A stretch of DNA of 64,000 bases. Source: Myxococcales bacterium (GTDB taxonomy: Bacteria; Myxococcota_A; UBA9160; SZUA-336). Positions within the stretch are counted from its first letter, which is position 1; the number at the start of each line of letters is the position of its first letter. Shown one piece after another: positions 9,275 through 17,864 of the stretch. The stretch lies in contig JABSQV010000053.1 of NCBI GenBank assembly GCA_013215565.1, positions 7,775 to 71,774 of the forward strand. The letters run 5' to 3'. The position numbers and the translations under genes are program-made. The notes under the pieces are model-generated. The model saw only the letters and a list, made by a program, of their open reading frames with translations. It made no database searches and was not told the origin of the DNA.

Positions 9275-10792
9275 TTGATTCCGCGGATCTTGCTCCAACT
9301 GCCCGCTTTGGTTGCGGCTTTGATGCTGGCCGGTCTGGCCTGCGGCGACGAGACCACGCCCGCGGCGGACCCCGGTCCTGCAGCCTCGAGCCCCACCTTT
9401 CCCACAACGCAGACGCCTGCAGCGTCGCCGCCATCGAACAACCCGCGGGCGATCCCGCCGCATCCACCGGTTGCCTCTACCCCGGCACTGGAGGCACCGC
9501 TTCCCGCGCTCCGGTTTTCCGGGGCGCCCGCGTTGTACGTGTTGAGGCGTATCTCGGGCGAGTCCGGGGTCCAGTTCGGAATCGATCTTTTTACGTCTTC
9601 CTCATCGCCAGGCGCGACGCGTCTCGACGGACGTTTCGTCGATCTCGATCTGGCGCCGGGAACCGTCGGCGACGCTCTGCAGCAGCTCTACGCGAAGCTC
9701 GGTGGGTTTCTCTACACCGGCCTCGATGACGGAGTCTACATCCGGGGGGTCGGCCTCCTGCCCAACGACCCGCTGTTCCACCAGAAACTGATTCCCGCCG
9801 GGAGATACGCGGGGAACTTCACCGATCTGCGCTCCTGGTTCCTCCGGGGCCCCGGGATCGCCGTCAAGACCGCGCAGGTCCCCGGGACCCCGGTCTGGAA
9901 GAAGGTCGACTTCGAAACCACGGAGCCGATGTCTGTCGTCGACTTCCTGATGCGATACGGGAAGGAGGTCGGATCGGGCTGGCTGCTCTACCGCAGCAGC
10001 AGCCCAAGCGCGAAGCAAGCTGGGAATCGGGGAGTGTTCGCCATCCAGGAACTCGGGCTGCTAGTGGTGAGGAAGCACGGGTACCAGCCCAACGGTACGA
10101 CCAACCGAAATTCCCTTCTGGGCACGATGGTCGACATCGCGGAGCGGACAGGGACTCCGATCTGTATTGTCGATTGGGCGCACGGACCTGACGTCCCGCT
10201 GCCCTCGCTCGGAGGGAACTCGGGGCCGCACGGCGGAAGTTCCCCGGCCCCGGAGCAACTCCAGGCGGTCTTTGATGACTATGCGAGTACCTCCGTACCG
10301 CAACCGTTTCGCTGGGAAGAACGCAACGGTGTAATCCTGATGCACTCGGCCCGCTACGACCACAACGCGGGCGTCGCAGGGAGCATGCTGTCCGAACGGC
10401 TGAAAGCGGGATCGTTCTCCGGTTCACTCGGAGAGCTCGCACGTTGGATCAACCGGAATCGTCAGGGCCCGGGAAAGGGGGATCTCCTGGCCGGCGAGAT
10501 GTTCGCCAACGATCCGGTCGCCACGCTCGAAGTTGAGGAGGGAGCGAGCATCCAGGAGGTCCTACTGGCGTTTGCGGCCGAGACAGGGAGTTGCTGGACC
10601 CTGTCCCGGCGTACGGTGGCATCCGACATCCAACCCGGGCGTCACAAGGAGTCCGGCGTCGAGGGCGCGTTCCTGTTTCCGCTCGAATTCTGGCACCGAA
10701 ACGGACTCCAGGGGCTGAAAGAGAGGAAGAACCCGCCGGCCGCGTCCGTCAGCGGAGCCGCTCCTCCAGCAGTCGGATCAGGTAGCCCATGA
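9275..10792 (+). CDS. secreted protein or possible lipoprotein, function unknown
   Basis: TTG 9275 lies 7 nt after GGAGGA. Hydrophobic signal sequence ends in GLAC. A Pro/Thr/Ala-rich linker is followed by about 400 aa of globular sequence. Confidence 0.65.
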   Translation: MIPRILLQLPALVAALMLAGLACGDETTPAADPGPAASSPTFPTTQTPAASPPSNNPRAIPPHPPVASTPALEAPLPALRFSGAPALYVLRRISGESGVQFGIDLFTSSSSPGATRLDGRFVDLDLAPGTVGDALQQLYAKLGGFLYTGLDDGVYIRGVGLLPNDPLFHQKLIPAGRYAGNFTDLRSWFLRGPGIAVKTAQVPGTPVWKKVDFETTEPMSVVDFLMRYGKEVGSGWLLYRSSSPSAKQAGNRGVFAIQELGLLVVRKHGYQPNGTTNRNSLLGTMVDIAERTGTPICIVDWAHGPDVPLPSLGGNSGPHGGSSPAPEQLQAVFDDYASTSVPQPFRWEERNGVILMHSARYDHNAGVAGSMLSERLKAGSFSGSLGELARWINRNRQGPGKGDLLAGEMFANDPVATLEVEEGASIQEVLLAFAAETGSCWTLSRRTVASDIQPGRHKESGVEGAFLFPLEFWHRNGLQGLKERKNPPAASVSGAAPPAVGSGSP

Positions 10793-11039
10793 TCAGCAAG
10801 TTCGGAAGTTGCTCGCGCTGGAACTGGTGCTCGCTTCCCTCGAACCCTCCGACATCGCGCGCGAACCAATCCGCGTAATCGAGAAAAAACTCGAGCAGAT
10901 CGACCGGCACGTTCCCGGCTAGCAAGCGATTGATCTGTTCCGGAGTGAACTCGGTCCAGAGATCGGCAAGCTCAGTAGCGATTTCATTACGCGTCAACGT
11001 CGACTCCACGCAGGGGGGACCCGGGCCAAACCCTATCAT
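10749..11039 (-). CDS. hypothetical acidic helical protein (up to 96 aa; start uncertain)
   Basis: ORF with a non-repetitive, helix-like sequence (LADLWTEFTPEQINRLL...LLEFFLDYADWF). Its 3' end overlaps the convergent gene by 44 nt. No family recognised. Confidence 0.4.
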   Translation of the reverse strand: MIGFGPGPPCVESTLTRNEIATELADLWTEFTPEQINRLLAGNVPVDLLEFFLDYADWFARDVGGFEGSEHQFQREQLPNLLIMGYLIRLLEERLR

Positions 11040-11247
11040 CTCTCGGAACGATCTCGCGTGTCAAGAGAAGTTCGCCGCCGCGGTGCGCAACCTCGTCCCA
11101 AATTCTGGCACACCGCTGCAATCTGAGTGCACGCGTACCGTCGGAAAAGTGCAACGGCGACTCGAAGTCTTCGCGGCAGATCACGAAATCGAATCTGTGC
11201 ACGGATCGTCCGCAACACTTGAACACCCGCAGGCAAAAGAACCGGGA

Positions 11248-11826
11248 TTAGTAGGAGCGAGGTCGGAAGCCTCCGGGCATTTCTTCCAAGTTCCGGCGGA
11301 TCTCCGTCGGCAGAGCCTCCGAATCTTCCAGCGAGATCCGTTCGAGCAGTTCCGCCGCCACCGCGACCGGGCTGCCGGTTCGTATCGCGATCGCGATTGC
11401 GTCGCTGGGCCGCGAATCGACGACGAGTGTGCGGCCATCGAGGGAAATCTCAAGCACCGCGTAGTAGGTGTTGCCTCTCAGCTCGGTGATCACGACACGA
11501 TCGAGCGTTCCGCTCATGCTCCCGAGAATGCTGACCAGCAAATCGTGCGTGTTGGGACGGGTCGGGTCGACCTTTCCCATCTCCATCGCGATCGACCGGG
11601 CTTCGTAGGGACCGATCCAGATAGGAAGCTGACGCCCGGCACCCGCAGTCTCCTCGAGCAGAACCACGGGACTGTCGGTCCGCGGATCGAACCGCACACC
11701 CTCCACGCGCATCGCGAAAGTGCGCGGTTCGGAACTCCCGCCTCCCGCACATGCGAGCAGTGCGGCCGCGACTAGCGCTCGGAGCAGGCGCCCGGAGGGT
11801 CGCAGGTTCGCAGTAGGTCGGGGCAC
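11248..11826 (-). CDS. bifunctional-nuclease (BFN/DUF151) domain protein with lipoprotein signal
   Basis: BFN-like core (PVVLLEE...LPIWIGPYEARSIAMEM...RPNTHDLL...YYAVLEI..VDSRPSDAIAIA). N-terminal signal with lipobox LLAC. Confidence 0.75.
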   Translation of the reverse strand: MPRPTANLRPSGRLLRALVAAALLACAGGGSSEPRTFAMRVEGVRFDPRTDSPVVLLEETAGAGRQLPIWIGPYEARSIAMEMGKVDPTRPNTHDLLVSILGSMSGTLDRVVITELRGNTYYAVLEISLDGRTLVVDSRPSDAIAIAIRTGSPVAVAAELLERISLEDSEALPTEIRRNLEEMPGGFRPRSY

Positions 11827-11903
11827 GCCGATCTCCTTCCCCCCCAGCGCCCTTCGAGAATACCACGGAAGCGCGGGTCCGCGAATCTAGGTATGCTGAA
11901 CGG

Positions 11904-12767
11904 GTGCCGTCACGATCCGCCATCGTCGTCGGTTCGCTGTCGCGCGACTATGCGGACGAAGGCGTCCTGAAGGGCTCGCGACCGGGCGGCGTCGTCTGCT
12001 ACTCGGGAAGAGCTCTGGCACGCATGGGGCTCCGTACGCGTGTCATCACCCGCCTGCAACGAGAAGACATGCCGAGCCTACTCGCTCCGCTGCAAGCGGA
12101 CGGGGTCGAGGTGCTGGCTCTCGATAGCTGCTCAACCACGTCCTACCTGAACGACTACGGCAGAGTGAACGACTGCGGTAAATCCCCGGACCGGCACAAG
12201 CTCCTCTCGACTTCCGAGCCGTTGCGCGGGGACGACGTGCCGCCCGACTGGCGCGAAGCCGACCTGATCCACCTGGGTCCGCTGCACCGCCGCGACCTGC
12301 GGCCGGAACTGGGCACGGTCTTCGGCGGCCTTACCGGGCTCGATCTGCAGGGTCTGGTGCGCGTCGCAGGTTCGGAGTACGCGCGGGCCGAGCCGAACCC
12401 GTCGCTCGAAGCCTTTCTACAAGGTGTTGACGTGGTCCAGGCGAGCGAACAGGAACTCTCCGCCGTCCTCGACGGGGACTCACTCGATGCCTTCATCCGC
12501 CGACACGAAATTGCAGAAATGATCGTGACCCGCGGGGCGCTTGGTGCCTCGATCCTGAGCGGTGGATGCTGCACGGAGATTTCGCCGCCCACGGTTCTCG
12601 ACGGCCCGGCGGTGGGGGCCGGCGACGTCTTCCTCGGCACCTACCTGATGCTCCGCGTCGAGGGGCGGGACCCCGCAAGCGCTGCGCGGGGTGCGACCCG
12701 GACGTCGATGGCACAGATCGAACGCGGAGAGGTGCCCAGAGGCTTCGTTCCGGACGGGGACGAATGA
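11904..12767 (+). CDS. PfkB-family carbohydrate/nucleoside kinase
   Basis: GTG start. C-terminal PfkB signature region (VLDGPAVGAGDVFLGTY). 287 aa. Confidence 0.75.
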   Translation: MPSRSAIVVGSLSRDYADEGVLKGSRPGGVVCYSGRALARMGLRTRVITRLQREDMPSLLAPLQADGVEVLALDSCSTTSYLNDYGRVNDCGKSPDRHKLLSTSEPLRGDDVPPDWREADLIHLGPLHRRDLRPELGTVFGGLTGLDLQGLVRVAGSEYARAEPNPSLEAFLQGVDVVQASEQELSAVLDGDSLDAFIRRHEIAEMIVTRGALGASILSGGCCTEISPPTVLDGPAVGAGDVFLGTYLMLRVEGRDPASAARGATRTSMAQIERGEVPRGFVPDGDE

Positions 12768-13111
12768 AGGGACTGCGGCTGATCGGGACGCTGCTCCTCT
12801 CGGGCTGCCTCCAGCAGCAACTGGGGATCACGGTCGTACCGCCCGAGCCCGACATCCCGGAACCGCCCCGTCCGGCCGCTCGGCGGGGCCCGGAGGCGCC
12901 CACGATGGCCGCAACTTCCCACCCCGGATTGACGCGCGCAGTCGAGATCGGCCCGGCCCTCTACTACTTCGAACCCGACGACCTCTGGTACAGCTTCTAC
13001 AAGGGACGCTGGCACCAGGCCTTCTTCTGGAACGGTACCTGGTTCGAGCCGGAACGCGTCCCGGCGGTACTCCGGGATCTGCACCGCCGCAGCCCGAAGC
13101 CCGGCGGCTAG
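12764..13111 (+). CDS. small lipoprotein, function unknown
   Basis: ATG 12764 overlaps the kinase stop (ATGA). Signal peptide with a canonical lipobox, LLSGC. 115 aa. Confidence 0.6.
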   Translation: MKGLRLIGTLLLSGCLQQQLGITVVPPEPDIPEPPRPAARRGPEAPTMAATSHPGLTRAVEIGPALYYFEPDDLWYSFYKGRWHQAFFWNGTWFEPERVPAVLRDLHRRSPKPGG

Positions 13112-14427
13112 GCCGCTTCCGTGAGTTCGATCATGCGCTCCAGCGCGCGGCGGGCGTCTCGGACCACGATAGCGCGTGCTCGTTCGTCGAGCCGATCGCG
13201 CGCACCCGAGACCTCGTCGACGCAGTCGCCGGGAAGAACGCGGTTCGCCTCCGGCGGCTTGCCCTTCGCCAGCAGGTCCAGCAGCGCCACCAGGTGAGGG
13301 GGATCGTTGCGCGACATCGTGGCACAACCGCAGCCCGCATCGGCCGCGCCCGGAAGATCCGCCAGATGGACGACCTCGACCCCGTTCCTGGCTGCCTGCT
13401 CTCCCAGGTTTCGCACGAAGTGGCCCTCGGTGCCGACGGCAAAGCGGCTGCCCGCAGCGGCCTCCAGCACCGTGTGCCACAGAAAATGGGTAGATCCCGC
13501 GCCATCCGCGACCTCCACGACGGACGCGGGGCATTCCGGATGCACTAGCACGCGGTAGTCGAGCCCGTGCCAGTAGTCGACCTGGGCGGGGTCAAAGATC
13601 GTGTGCACACCACAGAACGAGCCCCAGAGCACCAGTTCCGCGCGATCCAGACGGTCGCGGTCGCGGGCGCCGAGGTCCCCGGGCTTTAGATCGGCCCCCT
13701 CGTGTCCTCCGGGCCACTGCCAGACGCGATCCCGCGAAATCCCCACCTCGCGAGCTACGTTCTCACCCAGGTGCCGATCCGGCACGAAGAAGATCTTGCG
13801 ACCCTGCTCACGCGCCCAGCGGAGAATCGCGGCGGCATTCGAACTCGTACAGACCGAGCCGCCGGTGCTCCCGGCCAGCGCCTTGACGCGGGCGGAGGTA
13901 TTCATGTACGCGACCACCATCAGGTCGTCGCCGTAGCACTCGCGCAGCGCCCGAACCGCAGGAGCCACCATGAAGTCCTTGGCCATCATTTCCATGGTGC
14001 AACCCGACTTCGGATTGGTGATGTACACCTGCTGATCGGGCGAGGCCAGAATCGCGATTGCTTCCGCCATGAAGTGCACGGCCGACTCCACTAGCAGTCT
14101 CTTTTCCGGGTGAAGCACCGCCTGGCGCGCCAGGAGATATGAGTCGGCCACGCGCCCGCCGTAGCGTTCGACCAGCTTTACGATCTCGCCCCCCATGTAG
14201 TAGTGGGCGAGCAGCATGAGTTCTCCCCCGAGCTGATCCAGCGCGGGTCGCAGGTAAGAATCCATCCAGGGCAGCACGGTTGCGGGCGTCCGATCCGGGA
14301 GCGCCAGGTACTCTTCCGCGTAGGGCTGGAACGCGTCCTGGTACCAGTCGAGCGGCAGATCCGACTGGCACAACGGAATCTCTGGCTGGAGAAGGATGCC
14401 GCTGCTGCGGAGCGGGGGAGGGGCCAT
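13108..14427 (-). CDS. nadA: quinolinate synthase (long form)
   Basis: NadA-like blocks (LLAHYYMGGEIV, VADSYLLARQA, FMAEAI, VCTSSNA, FFVPDRHLG, CGVHTIF, VLVHPECP, VGTEGHF, CATM). 439 aa. Confidence 0.88.
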   Translation of the reverse strand: MAPPPLRSSGILLQPEIPLCQSDLPLDWYQDAFQPYAEEYLALPDRTPATVLPWMDSYLRPALDQLGGELMLLAHYYMGGEIVKLVERYGGRVADSYLLARQAVLHPEKRLLVESAVHFMAEAIAILASPDQQVYITNPKSGCTMEMMAKDFMVAPAVRALRECYGDDLMVVAYMNTSARVKALAGSTGGSVCTSSNAAAILRWAREQGRKIFFVPDRHLGENVAREVGISRDRVWQWPGGHEGADLKPGDLGARDRDRLDRAELVLWGSFCGVHTIFDPAQVDYWHGLDYRVLVHPECPASVVEVADGAGSTHFLWHTVLEAAAGSRFAVGTEGHFVRNLGEQAARNGVEVVHLADLPGAADAGCGCATMSRNDPPHLVALLDLLAKGKPPEANRVLPGDCVDEVSGARDRLDERARAIVVRDARRALERMIELTEAA

Positions 14428-14459
14428 CTCGAGAGCCTACTCTCCGCACCGCATTGCGG

Positions 14460-15464
14460 CTAGACGAGCCCCTTCCGCGTCATGGCCTCGACCCCGAAAC
14501 GGAACGGTTCGCGCAGCGGGGACGCTCGAACCGGACAATCTTCCAGCGTGCAGCTGCCGCACTGGCGCGACTCACACGGGTCGAGGTGCACGACGACGTC
14601 GCCCCCGCCCCCGACCTGCTCCAGGATCGTGCTCTCCAGCTTATCGCCGATTCGGTGCGCCTGCTCCACCGACAGGTAGCGAGGGACGGAAAGGTGAAGA
14701 TCGAAGTGCCGGAACGAGCCCGAGAACCACGACCGCAACTCGTGGATGCCGACCCACTCCGGCTGACGGTTACGCTCGAGCGCTGCACTCAGCTGCTCCA
14801 GCAGCTCGAAGTCTGCCTCGTCGAGCAGGCCCCCGAGCGCACGGCGCACGATCCGCCAGCCGATCCGGACGATGTTCACGGCCACGGCCAGCGCCACCAG
14901 TGGATCGATCCAGGCGAGTTCGGTCAGCTTGACCGCGACCAGCGCAACGATCGTGCCTGCGGTGGTGATGACGTCGGTCATCACGTGCTGGCCGTCCGCC
15001 TCGATCGCGGCCGATCCCGCCCGGCGGCCGATCCGGACCAGATACAGGCCGAGCACCAGATTGGCCCCGGCGGTCGCGGCCGAGAGCACGATGCCGTAGT
15101 CGAGCCGTACGATGACCGGGCCGACCACCAGGGCGCGCACTGCCACGACGAAGATCAAGGACGCCGCTCCGGCGATCATCAGCCCCTCGACCGCGGCCGA
15201 AATGCTCTCGGCCTTGCCGTGTCCGTAGGGGTGATCGGCATCTGCCGGGCGCGCGGCCACCACGACGCTCCACGTGGCCATCGAGGCGGCTGCAACGTTC
15301 ACGAGCGATTCAGCCGCGTCCGAGAGCACGGCGGTCGAACCGGTGAGCGACCAGGCCAGGAACTTGACCAGCGTGATCGCCGCACTCGCAACGATCGAGA
15401 TGACACCTGCACGAAGCGCGAGTCGCAGTTCGTTGGGCCCCCGCGCGCCGTGCTCCGTGCTCAT
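14460..15464 (-). CDS. cation diffusion facilitator family transporter
   Basis: Six hydrophobic segments. CDF signature (SDAAESLVNV, HPYGHGKAE, ADGQHVMTDV) plus a C-terminal cytoplasmic domain. Confidence 0.88.
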   Translation of the reverse strand: MSTEHGARGPNELRLALRAGVISIVASAAITLVKFLAWSLTGSTAVLSDAAESLVNVAAASMATWSVVVAARPADADHPYGHGKAESISAAVEGLMIAGAASLIFVVAVRALVVGPVIVRLDYGIVLSAATAGANLVLGLYLVRIGRRAGSAAIEADGQHVMTDVITTAGTIVALVAVKLTELAWIDPLVALAVAVNIVRIGWRIVRRALGGLLDEADFELLEQLSAALERNRQPEWVGIHELRSWFSGSFRHFDLHLSVPRYLSVEQAHRIGDKLESTILEQVGGGGDVVVHLDPCESRQCGSCTLEDCPVRASPLREPFRFGVEAMTRKGLV

Positions 15465-15519
15465 CCGATCCCCGCATCCGCACGTGCAGAGACCCGGGCC
15501 TGCACGCGCGGCAGGAAAG

Positions 15520-15596
15520 TGGTCGGGGCGGCCGGATTTGAACCGGCGACCTCTTGGTCCCGAACCAAGCGCGCTACCAAGCTGCGCTACGCCCCG
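15520..15596 (-). tRNA. tRNA-Pro (anticodon CGG), CCA encoded
   Basis: Reverse complement folds as a cloverleaf. Acceptor CGGGGCG/CGCCCCG, D arm GCGC-AGCTTGGTA-GCGC, anticodon arm CTTGG-TTCGGGA-CCAAG (CGG), T arm GCCGG-TTCAAAT-CCGGC, discriminator A, CCA. 77 nt. Confidence 0.93.
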
Positions 15597-15644
15597 CGCG
15601 GCGAGGCAGAATAGACGGAGCGCGTCCGGCGAGCAAGAAGGCGC

Positions 15645-17789
15645 CTAGCGCACCCCGTCCTCGGAGGCCGGCGGGGCGCTCGAACCCCAGGGATCCGAAC
15701 CCGGAACCTCGATCGGCGAATCGATCGAAGTCCGGACCCGCACCCGCTGCCACCAGGGACGATGCTCGACAGAATGGTCCCGCCGGAGGCGCTCTCCGAG
15801 CCGGTCGCAGTAGCCACGCGGGAGAGCGCGGGCCGCGGCGAGCGCTCGCGGCGCCAGAGCCGGGTTCAGGCGCCCGGGAGGCCCCGAGCGCGTGCCAGCC
15901 AGCAGCGCATCTCGGAGTGCCCGGGGATCGAGATCCGGGCGTACCTCGACCAGGAGCGCCGCCGTGCCCGCGACCAGAGCGGACGCGACCGCGGGCCCGC
16001 CGCGGAGGGCAACCGTCGCGTCGAGCGCGAACTCGTGATCGTTTCCCGGATTCGCCACCGCAGCCTCGACGCCGCGCCGACTCCGGCCCGTCACGACCCG
16101 CAGGTCGGGTGCGGTCCCGGCCGACTCGGCCAGCGGGCGACCGTTGCGCCCGAGCGCCCCCACCAGCAAGGTTGCGGCGAGCGGACGCTGGAAGAAGTCC
16201 TCGATCTCGCGCCACTCCCATACGTCGAGCACGGCGCCGGTTCCGAGATCCTGCGAGTTGAGCCAGTCGCGCCGCCAACGGGCCGGGTAGCCCGGCTCCG
16301 CATCGGCCGGCGCCTCGACCGCACAGACCGGGAGTGCACAGTTGTCCTCCGCGTACTGGAGCACGTCGTGGAGAATCCAGTGCGCGGACTGTGGCGGCCA
16401 CGCGCAGGTCAGTAGACGCGCACCTTCCGCAGCCGCATAGGCAACACCAACCGCACGCGACCAGACCGGCGCACGCAGCGACGTGGCGGTGGTCCGCATA
16501 CGCGGATCCTCGGGCAGTGGACTTCCGGAGGGCTCGAGATTCTCCTGGACATCGACAGGGATGATGGTTGCCCCCGGCGCGACGCCGGGCCGCTGCCCGG
16601 AAGCTCCCGAGCCGGCAGCAAGCGCCGCGATCGCGGTCCCGTGTCCGCGGGGCCTCGACCCGGGACCCGAGGCGGCACCGTCCCAGTCCGAAACGTCTTC
16701 GATCAACCCGAGCGCGAGCCGCGGAGCGGCCCCGGGGTGGGCGGATTCGATGATCGCAAGGTGAGCGAAGTTCGCGCCGATCGCGTCTCCCGGAATGCCG
16801 TTCCCATCGAGGTCGCGATCAGCGCCCTCGCCCTGCTTGAAACGCAGACTCGACGAGACCGCAAGATGATTGACGTCGACCCCGGTATCGACGACCGCGA
16901 TCAACACTCCCCGGCCGGTGGCCTGCTCCCAGGCCTCGGCTACACCGAGCCGCTGGAGTTCCCAGGAAATCTGCTCCACGGCGGGCCGCTGCTCGTGTGA
17001 AGCGGGCTCGGGCTGGACTGGCGGTACGGCCCACCCGACATCACGGACCGCCTCGAGGGGTACCGCCCAGTCGGCGGTGCCGACACGGAAGAAGCCGGCG
17101 TCCTCGAACAGATAGCTCGCCGGATAAATCTCGGGGTGTGCACGCAGTCGCGCGACCGCCTGAAAGAAGTTCACGTCCTCCGGGATATCGATCACGAGCC
17201 AGTGATCGAGACCGACCCGGTCGCGGGTCCTGGAGCGATCGAACGGAAAGGCGGGCAGGGCGTACGCGCCGAAATGCTCCAGCAGTCGGTCCAGGGCCGG
17301 GAGGCCGGTTGCGCGCGTGCCCACAGGTCCCAGGACGCCGCGCGGGTTGAGACGGGTCTTGAACAGCACGACACCGCCCGCATACGGATCCCTCAGCGGC
17401 ACCTGAGCCGCGTCGGTCACCGTCACCTGAGCGTAGGCCACGGCCTCTCCGCTCCGGCAGACGACGTCGACCACGCCCGGCGCCACCGGGGCTTCGATGC
17501 GGAACTCCGGCCCGCGGAGCGTTCGCCCGGAGGCGCTACAGCGCGCATCCGCTGCGTCGCGCCCTTCGAGCCCAAGCGTGGTGGAGTCGCCGATTCGCAG
17601 CGCAGCGTGACGCGGCTCGATGCGCAGTAACGCGCCGTCGCTCGGCGGGTCGGGTGCCCGCCAGAGCCGGGGCAGATCCTGGTGGGCCTGCGGGGCGAAG
17701 CCGGCCGGGTTCGCGCACGCGAAGGCGCACAGCGAAAGCGCGATGCAGACTCGCCGCCGACCTCGTCCCACGCGTGCAGGATCGGCCAC
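15645..17789 (-). CDS. subtilase (peptidase S8) homologue; catalytic Ser position reads Ala
   Basis: Asp motif VVDTGVD and His motif GHGTAIA are present. The Ser motif region reads GGPAVASALVAGTAALL, where GTSMAxPHVAG is expected. N-terminal signal sequence. Confidence 0.8.
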   Translation of the reverse strand: MADPARVGRGRRRVCIALSLCAFACANPAGFAPQAHQDLPRLWRAPDPPSDGALLRIEPRHAALRIGDSTTLGLEGRDAADARCSASGRTLRGPEFRIEAPVAPGVVDVVCRSGEAVAYAQVTVTDAAQVPLRDPYAGGVVLFKTRLNPRGVLGPVGTRATGLPALDRLLEHFGAYALPAFPFDRSRTRDRVGLDHWLVIDIPEDVNFFQAVARLRAHPEIYPASYLFEDAGFFRVGTADWAVPLEAVRDVGWAVPPVQPEPASHEQRPAVEQISWELQRLGVAEAWEQATGRGVLIAVVDTGVDVNHLAVSSSLRFKQGEGADRDLDGNGIPGDAIGANFAHLAIIESAHPGAAPRLALGLIEDVSDWDGAASGPGSRPRGHGTAIAALAAGSGASGQRPGVAPGATIIPVDVQENLEPSGSPLPEDPRMRTTATSLRAPVWSRAVGVAYAAAEGARLLTCAWPPQSAHWILHDVLQYAEDNCALPVCAVEAPADAEPGYPARWRRDWLNSQDLGTGAVLDVWEWREIEDFFQRPLAATLLVGALGRNGRPLAESAGTAPDLRVVTGRSRRGVEAAVANPGNDHEFALDATVALRGGPAVASALVAGTAALLVEVRPDLDPRALRDALLAGTRSGPPGRLNPALAPRALAAARALPRGYCDRLGERLRRDHSVEHRPWWQRVRVRTSIDSPIEVPGSDPWGSSAPPASEDGVR

Positions 17790-17864
17790 AAGGGCGCGCG
17801 CCTTGAGAGGAATCGAACGCGCGCGCGTCGAAGCTTCGAAAAGCTCCGGGTTACCGGTTCGTTC

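Noticed and set aside
11106-11120. TGGCAC-accgc-TGCA sigma54-like motif
   Set aside because: The GG-to-GC spacing is one nt short of the strict -24/-12 spacing, and no plus-strand gene follows (the next is at 11904, behind a minus-strand gene).
15465-15700. Genomic island at tRNA-Pro
   Set aside because: There is no integrase, no direct repeat of the tRNA 3' end and no compositional break. The flanking genes are an ordinary CDF transporter and a subtilase homologue.
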